From Ignavibacteriales bacterium (GTDB lineage: Bacteria; Bacillota_I; Bacilli_A; RF39; UBA660): a stretch of DNA of 64,000 nt. The notes beneath the pieces are model-generated. The model was given only the letters and a program-made list of their open reading frames with translations. It was not told the origin of the DNA and searched no databases. The DNA is taken from NCBI GenBank assembly GCA_050259235.1, contig JBLNAG010000002.1, forward strand, positions 88,893-152,892, read 5' to 3'. Below are positions 48,221 through 58,100 of this stretch, piece by piece (the first letter of the stretch is position 1; every line of letters starts with the position of its first letter). Made by a program: the position numbers and the translations under genes.

Positions 48221-49504
48221 TTATTTTACATTAATCTTTTTAAGTCCACCCATATATGGTTGTAAAACTTGTGGAATATTAATACTTCCATCTTTATTTA
48301 AATTGTTTTCTAGAATAGAAATAAGCATCCTAGGTGGTGCAACTACAGTATTATTTAAAGTATGAGCAAAATATTTATTGTTACCATCTTTAACTCTAAT
48401 TCCTAATCTTCTACTTTGAGCATCAGTTAAATTAGAACAACTTCCAACTTCAAAATATTTCTTTTGTCTTGGACTCCATGCTTCAATATCAATGCTCTTA
48501 TATTTTAAATCAGCTAAGTCACCACTGCAACATTCTAATGCCCTTACTGGAACATCCATACTTCTAAATAGTTCAATAGTATATTCATACATTTTTTTAA
48601 ACCATTCTTCACTTTCTTTAGGTTCACATACAACAATCATCTCTTGTTTTTCAAATTGATGAATACGGTAAATACCTCTTTCTTCTATTCCATGAGCACC
48701 TTTTTCTTTTCTAAAACAAGGTGAATAACTTGTTAAGGTATATGGTAATTCACACTTATCAAGGATTTGATCTTTAAATTTACCAATCATAGAATGTTCA
48801 CTAGTACCTATTAAGTATAGATCTTCGCCTTCTATTTTATACATCATAGCATCCATTTCTTCGAAGCTCATTACTCCAGTAACGACATCTCCTCTAATCA
48901 TGAATGGTGGTATACAATAAGTAAATCCTTTATTTATCATAAAGTCTCTTGCATAAGTTAAAACAGCGGAATGAAGTCTTGCAATATCTCCCATTAAATA
49001 GTAAAAACCATTACCACTTACTCTTCTGGCAGAATCTAAATCAATTCCCCCTAATGATTCTAAGATATCAAGGTGATATGGAACTTCATAATCATATTCT
49101 GTTTTTTCACCAAAAGTAGCTACTTCAACGTTTTCACTATCATCTTTTCCTAGAGGTACATCATCCGCAATAATATTTGGAATTGTCATCATTGTTTCTT
49201 TTATTTTAATACTTAATTCTTCTTCTTTTACTTCTAATTCCAAAATTTTATTATTATAATCATTGATTTCATTCTTTATATTTTCTGCTTCTTCTTTTTT
49301 ACCTTCACGCATTAATGTACCAATTTCAGCACTCTTAGTATTTTTTAATCCTCTTAAATTATCGCCTTCTAATTTATATTCACGATATCTTTTATCTAAT
49401 TCCAACACTTCATCAATTCTAGGTATTTTATAATCTTGGAATTTCTTTTTTAAATTTTCAAGTACTTTCTCTTTGTTTTCTCTAATTAAATTAATATCTA
49501 TCAT
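48221..49504 (-). CDS. serS: seryl-tRNA synthetase
   Basis: 427 aa. N-terminal coiled-coil MIDINLIRENKEKV. Class II motifs (FRKEKGAHG...RIHQFEKQE, GSCSNLTDAQSRRL). Confidence 0.9.
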   Translation of the reverse strand: MIDINLIRENKEKVLENLKKKFQDYKIPRIDEVLELDKRYREYKLEGDNLRGLKNTKSAEIGTLMREGKKEEAENIKNEINDYNNKILELEVKEEELSIKIKETMMTIPNIIADDVPLGKDDSENVEVATFGEKTEYDYEVPYHLDILESLGGIDLDSARRVSGNGFYYLMGDIARLHSAVLTYARDFMINKGFTYCIPPFMIRGDVVTGVMSFEEMDAMMYKIEGEDLYLIGTSEHSMIGKFKDQILDKCELPYTLTSYSPCFRKEKGAHGIEERGIYRIHQFEKQEMIVVCEPKESEEWFKKMYEYTIELFRSMDVPVRALECCSGDLADLKYKSIDIEAWSPRQKKYFEVGSCSNLTDAQSRRLGIRVKDGNNKYFAHTLNNTVVAPPRMLISILENNLNKDGSINIPQVLQPYMGGLKKINVK

Positions 49505-49509
49505 AATAT

Positions 49510-49740
49510 TCCTCCTCTTTTTTTATTTTTTACAATAATTTGGGATCGCTTATTGTTTTTCATATTTCCTCCTAATATAAATAAAAGACTATCAATAGGA
49601 GCATATAATGCGGTACCATCCTACAATAGTCTTAATTTTTTATAACGGCTATGCCGGTAGCTATTAACTACACTCAAAAGTAGATTCATAAATATCAAGT
49701 ATTAGTTTGCACCACCCACTAACTCTCTATAAAATAATAT
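49510..49740 (-). promoter_or_regulatory. probable T-box leader upstream of serS
   Basis: Minus-strand reads ...TTGTAGGATGGTACCGCATT... (12/14 match to the T-box core AGGGTGGTACCGCG). Upstream is AGAGAGTTAGTGGGTGG (stem-I-like AGAGA box). It lies in a 300-bp leader before the serS RBS AGGAGG. Confidence 0.45.
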
Positions 49741-49809
49741 TTATTACTAGTCTTTGTCTTCGTTTTCTAAAGTACATTTTAACACTATATAATATTATTG
49801 TCAACGTTA

Positions 49810-50292
49810 TTATATTTTTACTCTCTCACTAGTAAACATAAATGTTGTACCATATTCTATAGTATACTTATTATTTGTATATTCCTTAATTACTCTTTCC
49901 CAAAACTTTTTTGCGCTTCGACAATGTGGAGTTGGTTTAATTTCCCAATTACCTTCAAACATATTAAATATATTAAATGCAATTATTCTTCCAATTCCAT
50001 TATTTTTGTAAGAATTTAGAATAAACAATATATTTAATTCATAGGTATCATTTGATTCTATTATTCTTTTATCTATTAACGCAAAGCCAATATATTTATT
50101 ATCTGCCTTAATAAAGAAAGGATAATTTTCAATTTCATCATTAACATAACTATCCAAACTTGCACAGTCAAATATGCCATGTTTATTCACATCCATCGGC
50201 AATGAAAGAGATATATCGTGCAAATATAATTGAAATAAGTTAGCTAAAATGTGCTTATCTTTCTTCTCAATTTTTTCGACATAAATAACCAT
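49810..50292 (-). CDS. GNAT-family N-acetyltransferase
   Basis: 160 aa. ...YIGFALID... and Q/R-x-x-G-x-G/A-like NNGIGRIIAFNIF acetyl-CoA motif. Confidence 0.55.
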   Translation of the reverse strand: MVIYVEKIEKKDKHILANLFQLYLHDISLSLPMDVNKHGIFDCASLDSYVNDEIENYPFFIKADNKYIGFALIDKRIIESNDTYELNILFILNSYKNNGIGRIIAFNIFNMFEGNWEIKPTPHCRSAKKFWERVIKEYTNNKYTIEYGTTFMFTSERVKI

Positions 50293-50484
50293 AATAGATC
50301 TGTTCTCCTATTAAACACCATTCGCGTTTATGCAGCTCAAAATGATCATCTTACAAATTATTGTTTTTCTAATTTTAATTATATACTTGGTAATATATAC
50401 TGTCAATGATGCTAATACTACTTAAATCAATATTATTATAAAAATATATTGCCCTAGTATTATTCTTATATACTCATATTTTGA

Positions 50485-53073
50485 TTATTTTATTTGATAC
50501 CAATTACTCCCATCTTCTATTTCTACTTTTAATGGAACATTTAATTTATAAGTATTTTCCATTATATTTTCAATTATTTTTTTAACTTGTTCTACTTCAC
50601 TATTTAAAACATCAAAAACTAATTCATCGTGAACTTGAAGGATCATTTTACTATTTAAATTTTGCTTTTTGAATTCAGCAGCTATTTCAATCATAGCTTT
50701 TTTAATTATATCGGCACTTGTACCTTGAATTGGCGTATTAAGGGCAATTCTTTCTCCTTGTTGTCTAATCATATAATTTGTATTTGCAAGTTCAGGTATC
50801 TTGCGCTTGCGATTTAGTAGCGTTTTAACATATCCATGTTTTTTAGCTTCTTCAATAGTACTATCCATATATTCCTTAATACCAGGATAAGTGTCTAAAT
50901 AATTGTCAATAAAACTTTTAGCTTCTTGAACACTAATACTCAAATTTTCTGACAAACCAAAACTACTTATTCCATAAATAATTCCAAAATTAACAGCTTT
51001 TGCAATTCTACGCATATTCTTACTTACTTCATCAATTGATACATGAAAGATATCACTGGCTGTTTTAGTATGAATATCTAAATTATTATTAAAAGCATCA
51101 ATCAATGATTGAACATTAGACATATGAGCAAGAATTCGAAGTTCTATTTGTGAATAATCCCCACTTACAATAACAGAATTATCACTAGGTACAAAAGCTT
51201 TACGAATAAGTCTACCATAATCATAACGAATTGGAATGTTTTGTAGATTAGGTTCAATTGATGAAAGACGACCAGTTCGTGTTAAAGCTTGTGTATAAAT
51301 GGTATGAATTTTACCATCATTTAAACAAGCATTAATTAATCCATCGATATATGTTGAATATAGTTTGGTAAGCATTCTGTACTCAATAATATCATCAATA
51401 ATTGAATGTTTACCTTTTAATTTATTCAAAACATCAATCGCAGTAGAATACCCACTCTTTCCCTTTTTGCCATGAGGTAATCCTAATTTTTCAAATAAAA
51501 TTTCCCCTAATTGAATTGGTGAAGATATATTAAATTCTTGTCCTGCTTGATTATATATATTTTTACTAATTAGTTCAATTTTAATTTTTATTTCTTCTCC
51601 CATATCAACTAATGTTTCTTTATCAACATGGACACCATTATATTCCATATCTCCTAAAACATATGATAAAGGTAACTCAATATCACTAAATAAGTGATAT
51701 AATTCTTCTTCCTTTAATTGTTTAGTAAACAAATTATAAGTATCATAAATAAACTTAGCTTTAATGATACTATTGTAAGCAATAATATCTATACTAGGTT
51801 CTTCTAATTTATTTTCTTTACCATATACATTTTCATAAAAGGATATATCATTATCAAATTGATTAGCTAGATAAGCAATATCATCTTTAATATTATAATC
51901 TAACAAGTAAGCTGCAAGCATTGTATCAAAAGTAACATTTGATATCTTGATATTATGCCATTTTAAAGCTACATATGTCTTCTTAAAATCATAAGTATAT
52001 TTATTAATATTATTTAAAAAAGTAGGGTTTTGTTGTAATAATTCAAAAGGAATAAAGAAACTATTTTCCCCATTATAAACTCCCATTCCTAATATTTTAG
52101 AGGTATGATAATTCGTACCTAATATTTCCAAATAAATAGCACAGTCACTATTTAAATTTATTTCTTTAATATCTTTAATAGTTTTAAATTCTAAAGGTTT
52201 AGTTGATTCTGGTGCTTGTTCCTTTTTTAAAAAAGAATAAAATTCTAATTCTTCATATAAACCATTTAATTCTTTATTTTTATTTCCCATATATTTAATA
52301 TCATTAATATCAATATCCATTGGAACATTTTTACAAATAGTAGCAAGATCATAACTCATATAAGCTTGGTCTTTATCAGCAATTAATTTTTCTTGCATTT
52401 TACCTTTGATTTTATCAATATTTCCATATACACCATCTAAGCTGCCATAATCTTGTAATAATTTTAAAGCAGTCTTTTCACCTATTCCTTTTACACCTGG
52501 AATATTATCAGAAGGATCTCCCATTAAAGCTTTTAAATCAATTATTCTAATAGGATCTATTCCATATTCATTTTTAAATGTTTCTTCATTATAACGAATA
52601 TAATCCTTTTGTTTTAATAACTTAATATCTACATCACTACTAATTAATTGTAATAAATCTTTATCACTACTAATAATAGTGCCAATATATTCACTTTCTT
52701 TATCACAATATTTAGCAAATGTACCAATTATATCATCAGCCTCATAATTATCTATTTCATAGTACTTTATTCCCATTGCTGTTAATAATTCTTTAGCAAC
52801 TGGAAATTGTGCTTTTAATTCGTTAGGAGTTTCTATTCTTCCATCTTTATAATTTTCATATTTATCATGACGAAATGTTTTACCTTTATCAAAAGCAACA
52901 ATCATATATGTAGGTTTTTCTTCTAAGACTATTTTATTAATCATATTAGCAAAACCAAATAATGCATTAGTTGGAAAATCTTTACTATTCTTCATAAAAT
53001 TTCCATTATATGCCGTTGCATAATAGCTTCTAAATAATAAATTGTTTCCATCCACTAAGATTATTTTTTCCAT
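50485..53073 (-). CDS. polA: DNA polymerase I
   Basis: N-terminal 5'-3' exonuclease (ILVDGNNLLFRSYYA). Polymerase motifs RRIAKAVNFGIIYG and LQVHDELVF. Start set at MEKIIL with an AGGTGA RBS. Confidence 0.9.
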   Translation of the reverse strand: MEKIILVDGNNLLFRSYYATAYNGNFMKNSKDFPTNALFGFANMINKIVLEEKPTYMIVAFDKGKTFRHDKYENYKDGRIETPNELKAQFPVAKELLTAMGIKYYEIDNYEADDIIGTFAKYCDKESEYIGTIISSDKDLLQLISSDVDIKLLKQKDYIRYNEETFKNEYGIDPIRIIDLKALMGDPSDNIPGVKGIGEKTALKLLQDYGSLDGVYGNIDKIKGKMQEKLIADKDQAYMSYDLATICKNVPMDIDINDIKYMGNKNKELNGLYEELEFYSFLKKEQAPESTKPLEFKTIKDIKEINLNSDCAIYLEILGTNYHTSKILGMGVYNGENSFFIPFELLQQNPTFLNNINKYTYDFKKTYVALKWHNIKISNVTFDTMLAAYLLDYNIKDDIAYLANQFDNDISFYENVYGKENKLEEPSIDIIAYNSIIKAKFIYDTYNLFTKQLKEEELYHLFSDIELPLSYVLGDMEYNGVHVDKETLVDMGEEIKIKIELISKNIYNQAGQEFNISSPIQLGEILFEKLGLPHGKKGKSGYSTAIDVLNKLKGKHSIIDDIIEYRMLTKLYSTYIDGLINACLNDGKIHTIYTQALTRTGRLSSIEPNLQNIPIRYDYGRLIRKAFVPSDNSVIVSGDYSQIELRILAHMSNVQSLIDAFNNNLDIHTKTASDIFHVSIDEVSKNMRRIAKAVNFGIIYGISSFGLSENLSISVQEAKSFIDNYLDTYPGIKEYMDSTIEEAKKHGYVKTLLNRKRKIPELANTNYMIRQQGERIALNTPIQGTSADIIKKAMIEIAAEFKKQNLNSKMILQVHDELVFDVLNSEVEQVKKIIENIMENTYKLNVPLKVEIEDGSNWYQIK

Positions 53074-53104
53074 ATATATCACCTACATTAATTATAGCAT
53101 AAAA

Positions 53105-53127
53105 AAATAGAATAAATTATTCTATTT
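53105..53127 (-). terminator. palindromic rho-independent terminator (copy 1 of a 27-nt motif)
   Basis: aaaaaaatagaataaAttattctattt: a perfect hairpin plus a U-run on the minus transcript. It lies downstream of the pilin-like gene and upstream of polA. Confidence 0.5.
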
Positions 53128-53329
53128 GAAAATATGACAACTATCTTGACTCATTTAACATATTCTCAATTTTATATTTTAAGTTATAACTATTACTATG
53201 TTTAATATGACCATAACAACTATTCAAACCTTTCTTCATGTATTATATTTTTTCGTTTGAATTTTTCAAAAAAAATGCTAAGATTACTAACATAATCTTA
53301 GCATTGCTTTGTGATTTAGTGTGAGAAAC

Positions 53330-54988
53330 CTACGGTTTCATCTGGACAAGACGGAACGAGTCGTAGCTGCTGGATTCCCCAGTGATGCTGTAGAAGTAGA
53401 ATGCTCCCCCAACAGTAGTGTTGTAATAGTCGCCCCCACGGACCGACCAAGGATTAGAAGTGCTTACAAAGAATGCGCCATCACTGTACCAACCACTTGT
53501 TTCAGATAAAGCATTTCCGTAACAAATTCCACCACTACATGCAGTTGATGCTGTTGTAGTTGTGTATCTATCCCAATATTCATTTGTTGGTAAAGTTCCA
53601 GCTGTAGTTACAGCGCCAAATCCACTACTATCTGTTACTGATGTTGCGTCTGTTGGACGATACATTCCCATTGTATATTCCCATGTTCCCCCACTCATGT
53701 CATATATTCCATATATATTTCCAGTAGTACTTGCTTTATATGCTAATGTTTTATCACTTAATTCATTATTTGTTACTGTACAATTAGCATTTATTCCTGG
53801 TGCTAAGGTTGTTGTAGTAGCACATTTTCCATCATAAGTATAAAAACCGGTATTTATATATTCGTTTCCACCTACTAAGATTTGGCTTCCCCCAACATTC
53901 CCTCCGCTTCGTCCAGTATAATAACTACTGCTATTATTTTTATATATTTCGCTATTTATTCCATATTGACTATGTGATAGATATGCGATTGCTCCCCATT
54001 CACTATCCTTCGCCATATGAATTTTTCCATCAGTACTTGTTCCATATGTGGCATTATTTTGCATTGCTCTTGAACTATCATACATTGCTTTTACCGTTTG
54101 ACTTCGTAGTGATGTTATATTCGGTAGTATAGTTGGACTACCTATAGTTCCCGTTGTTTCAAATTTTCCTACCCACATACCTGATACTTCAGTTGTTCCA
54201 AAAGTAAATGCTGGATGAGTTCTATAATTTGTATCAACCGCATTGCCTGTTGATTTGGTTGTTGTTTTGGATTCAAAGATAATATTTATACTTCTTGCGC
54301 CAGTTCCTGATGGTATGGCATATTTATATCTTGGTATCCATACCCACATTGTATTTATATCACTCAAAGGTATAACTGTTCCCGGTAATGCATTTAAATA
54401 AGTTGTTCTATTGGTGCTAGTTACTGTTACAGCATTCGCCCATTCTTTATTATTATAATCATACCATTTATCTATTACATTTGCTTTTATCCAATTTGTT
54501 CCATCCCATTTAACAGGTATCATTCCTGTTGTTAATTCTGGCATTGAAGCTCCACTTGAGTCTACATATAGAGGAACATTACAATTATCAATTGCTTCTT
54601 CGGTTAGAATTATCTCACTATCATAATATCCTTTTTTAGTACAATACGTTCCATTATGAATAGCGATAGCTACTTGTCCTTCACTATTTATAATAACATT
54701 ACCTGATTTAGGTTTATTTCCATTATAATCTAACTTTTTTCCAGACACACTAGATGATTCTACTCCATCATTATAAGTAAATGTTACTTCTCCAGTTATT
54801 CCATTTAACAAATCCTTAGAATATAACATTTCTCCTGATTTTACTATTCCATATGCCGAATCTTTAAATGCTTCTTTCGTAGCATTATTAATTAATCCTA
54901 TAATAATTGGAGTTGCTATCAATGCAATAATTGCTAAAATAACGATAACTGCTAATAATTCTATTAATGTAAAACCTTGATTTTTCAT
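53330..54988 (-). CDS. prepilin-type N-terminal cleavage/methylation-domain protein fused to a large C-terminal domain (FGE/sulfatase-modifying-factor-like C-terminus suspected)
   Basis: MKNQGFTLIELLAVIVILAIIALIATP is the type IV pilin class III signal. 552 aa. The C-terminus ...WSVRGGDYYNTTVGGAFYFYSITGESSSYDSFRLVQ resembles the RGG...GFRLV end of FGE-sulfatase domains. The last roughly 170 nt are about 48% GC. Confidence 0.6.
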   Translation of the reverse strand: MKNQGFTLIELLAVIVILAIIALIATPIIIGLINNATKEAFKDSAYGIVKSGEMLYSKDLLNGITGEVTFTYNDGVESSSVSGKKLDYNGNKPKSGNVIINSEGQVAIAIHNGTYCTKKGYYDSEIILTEEAIDNCNVPLYVDSSGASMPELTTGMIPVKWDGTNWIKANVIDKWYDYNNKEWANAVTVTSTNRTTYLNALPGTVIPLSDINTMWVWIPRYKYAIPSGTGARSINIIFESKTTTKSTGNAVDTNYRTHPAFTFGTTEVSGMWVGKFETTGTIGSPTILPNITSLRSQTVKAMYDSSRAMQNNATYGTSTDGKIHMAKDSEWGAIAYLSHSQYGINSEIYKNNSSSYYTGRSGGNVGGSQILVGGNEYINTGFYTYDGKCATTTTLAPGINANCTVTNNELSDKTLAYKASTTGNIYGIYDMSGGTWEYTMGMYRPTDATSVTDSSGFGAVTTAGTLPTNEYWDRYTTTTASTACSGGICYGNALSETSGWYSDGAFFVSTSNPWSVRGGDYYNTTVGGAFYFYSITGESSSYDSFRLVQMKP

Positions 54989-55148
54989 TTCTACACTCCC
55001 TAAAATTTTTACTATATAAATGAATTATAACATTTTGATGTTTTTATTTCAACATAGTTAATTTATTTTACCAAATTTTAACATATATTAACTATAATTT
55101 AATATTTTGATGAAAAAAATTCTAAAAACGATATCAATATAACTTAAA

Positions 55149-55172
55149 AAAATAGAATAATTTATTCTATTT
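55149..55172 (-). terminator. palindromic rho-independent terminator (copy 2 of the 27-nt motif) after polC
   Basis: aaaaaaatagaataaTttattctattt overlapping the polC stop (55174). Confidence 0.5.
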
Positions 55173-55173
55173 C

Positions 55174-58100
55174 TTAAAACAATGTTAATTGACTAGATTC
55201 AGGCATACCATCAAGTATTCCCATTGCACGCATTTTATCAATCAATGTCCCTGAAACTTTACCGCGTTTTTGAAGATCTTCAATACTTAAGAAAGAACCT
55301 TTTTCTCTTTCTTCAACTATTTTCATTGCTACTGTACCTCCAAGACCATCAATTGTTCTAAATGGTGGAATTAATGTTTTATTATCTTCATCAATTAAAA
55401 ATTTAGTAGAATCTGATTTATATAAATCAATATTAGCAAAACTATATCCTCTTGCAGACATTTCTAATGCACTTTTTAAAACATCTAAAATAGAATTTTC
55501 TTTATTTGATGCATCATATCCTTTATTTCTAATATCATTTATTCTTTCTTTAATTGCATTATATCCTTTGATCATTGCTTCAATATCAAAATCAAAACAT
55601 CTAACTGAGAAGAAAGCAGAATAATATTCAATTGCTCGATATACTTTAAACCATGCAACACGAAGAGCCATCATAACATATGCTGTAGCATGTGCTTTAG
55701 GGAACATGTATTTGATTCTTCGGCAAGATTCAATGTACCAATCAGCTATTTTTCCTTCTCTCATGATATTATCAAATTTTATCCAACCTTCAGGATCAGC
55801 TGTAGGCTTACCCTTACGAACAAATTCCATTATTTTGAAGGCATCAATTGGTTTTAATCCTTGATATATTAGATATACCATGATATCATCACGACAACCA
55901 ATTACTTCATCAAATTGGATAACTTTTTGATCAATCAAATCTTTAGCATTATTAAGCCATACATCAGTACCATGTGATAATCCTGAAACTTTAACTAATT
56001 CTGCAAATGATTTTGGTCTAGTGTCTTTTAACATTCCAATTACAAAGTCAGTTCCAAATTCCGGAACTCCATAAGTCCCCACTTCACATTCAATTTGTTC
56101 TTTTGTTATGCCTAATGCTTCAGTAGAAGAGAATAAACTTAATACCCCTTTATCATCAAAAGGAATTTCTTTCATATCTAGTCCACTTATATCTTGTAAC
56201 ATTCTAAGAACGGTCGGATCATCGTGCCCTAGTATATCTAGTTTTAAGACATAGTCATGAATAGCATGGAAGTCAAAATGTGTTGTATACCATGCAGCAT
56301 CTCTATCATCAGCTGGATATTGGTATGGGGTAAAGTCAAAGACATCCATATAGTTTGGAATAACAACTATTCCACCTGGATGTTGCCCAGTTGTCCTTTT
56401 AACACCAGTACATCCTAGTGCTAGTCTTTCAACTTCAGCATTTCTAATCATAATACCTCTATCTTCAGAATACCCCTTAACAAAACCATAAGCAGTCTTA
56501 TCAGCTACTGTACCAATCGTTCCAGCACGATAAACATATTCTGGCCCAAACAATTCTTTGGTATATGCATGAGCTCTAGCTTGATATTCTCCAGAGAAGT
56601 TAAGATCAATATCCGGTACTTTATCTCCATCAAATCCTAAGAATGTCGCAAAGGGCATATCTTGTCCTTCTTTTTTCATCTTAGTTCCACAAGTACATTT
56701 CCTATCAGGTAAATCATATCCTGATGCATAATCCTTTCCTAAAGGAACACCATTTAATTCGAATATTGACGTTTTACAATTTGGACACACATAATGAGCT
56801 GGTAAAGGGTTAACTTCTGTTATTCCCATCATTGTTGCTGCAAAAGATGAACCAACTGATCCACGACTTCCAACTAGATAACCATCATCATTTGATTTTT
56901 TAACTAGTTTTTGAGCAATCAAATAAATAACATCAAATCCATGTCCTATAATACTATCTAGTTCTTGTTTAATTCTTGCTTCAACAATCTCAGGTAAAAC
57001 TTCACCATATACTTCATGAGCTCGTTTATTTACCATCTCAGTTACTTCTTTATCAGAACCTTCAAAAATAGGTGTATATGGTTCTTTTTCATTCTTAATT
57101 ATTTTTACATTTTCAACCATATCTGCAATTAAATTAGTATTTTCTATTACAATTTTATTTCTAAGACTTTCATCTAAAAAACTAAATGCTTCTAACATTT
57201 CTTTGGTTGTTCTTAAATGAAAACTTGGAATACTTCTTATTGACTTTTTATTTAAAGGATGTAGTCCCCCACCAGGATTTTTTTGATTAACAATTATCTC
57301 ACGATATATTTTATCTTTTTTATCTAGATGGTGTGAATCACTAGTAGCAACGACAATTAAATCATTATCTTCTGCCACCCTAATTATCTTTTCCACATGA
57401 TTCTTTAATTCTATTTCATTATTAAATTCACCTAATTGTATTAAATGATCATAAATATCTAATGGTTGAACTTCAATATAATCAAAGAATCTCATGATAT
57501 TACCTAATTCATCATCACTAACACTTCTTGCTCTATTAAATACTTCACCATTAGCACAAGAACTACCAATTAATAATCCTTCTCTTAATGAATCTACTTG
57601 ACTCTTTAATATTCTTGGTGTTTTAAATAAATATTTTGTATTAGCATCTGATATTAATTTATATAAATTTTTAATACCTATATTATTTTTAGCTAGGATA
57701 GTTATATGATACATACTACCAAATTTAAATATATCTTCTTTAGTCATTATCTTATTTAAATCATTAATAACTTCTACTCCTCTAGCACTAAGAATTCTTA
57801 ACATTTTTGATAACACAATAGCCGTAGCTTCTGCATCATAATCAGCTCTATGATGTGATTCTTCATCAAATTGTACATCATATCTCTTAGTAACAACACT
57901 TAAATTGTGTTTTGCTTCATCAGGATTTAAGATTCTACTTAATTGCATTGTATCAATAATTGGATTAACTAATTCTCCTAAGTTATACCTACTATAAACA
58001 CTTGATAAGAAAGATCTATCAAATTTAGCATTATGCGCAACTAGTGGTAAGTCACCAATCCACTCTTTAAATGTTTTAGTAACTTCTTCTTCATTTCTAC

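Noticed and set aside
53321-53837. Plus-strand ORFs 53321..53509 and 53562..53837 in the GC-rich tail of the pilin-like gene
   Set aside because: Antisense to a coding region whose minus-strand frame carries a conserved domain ending. The GC richness explains the stop-codon paucity on the opposite strand.
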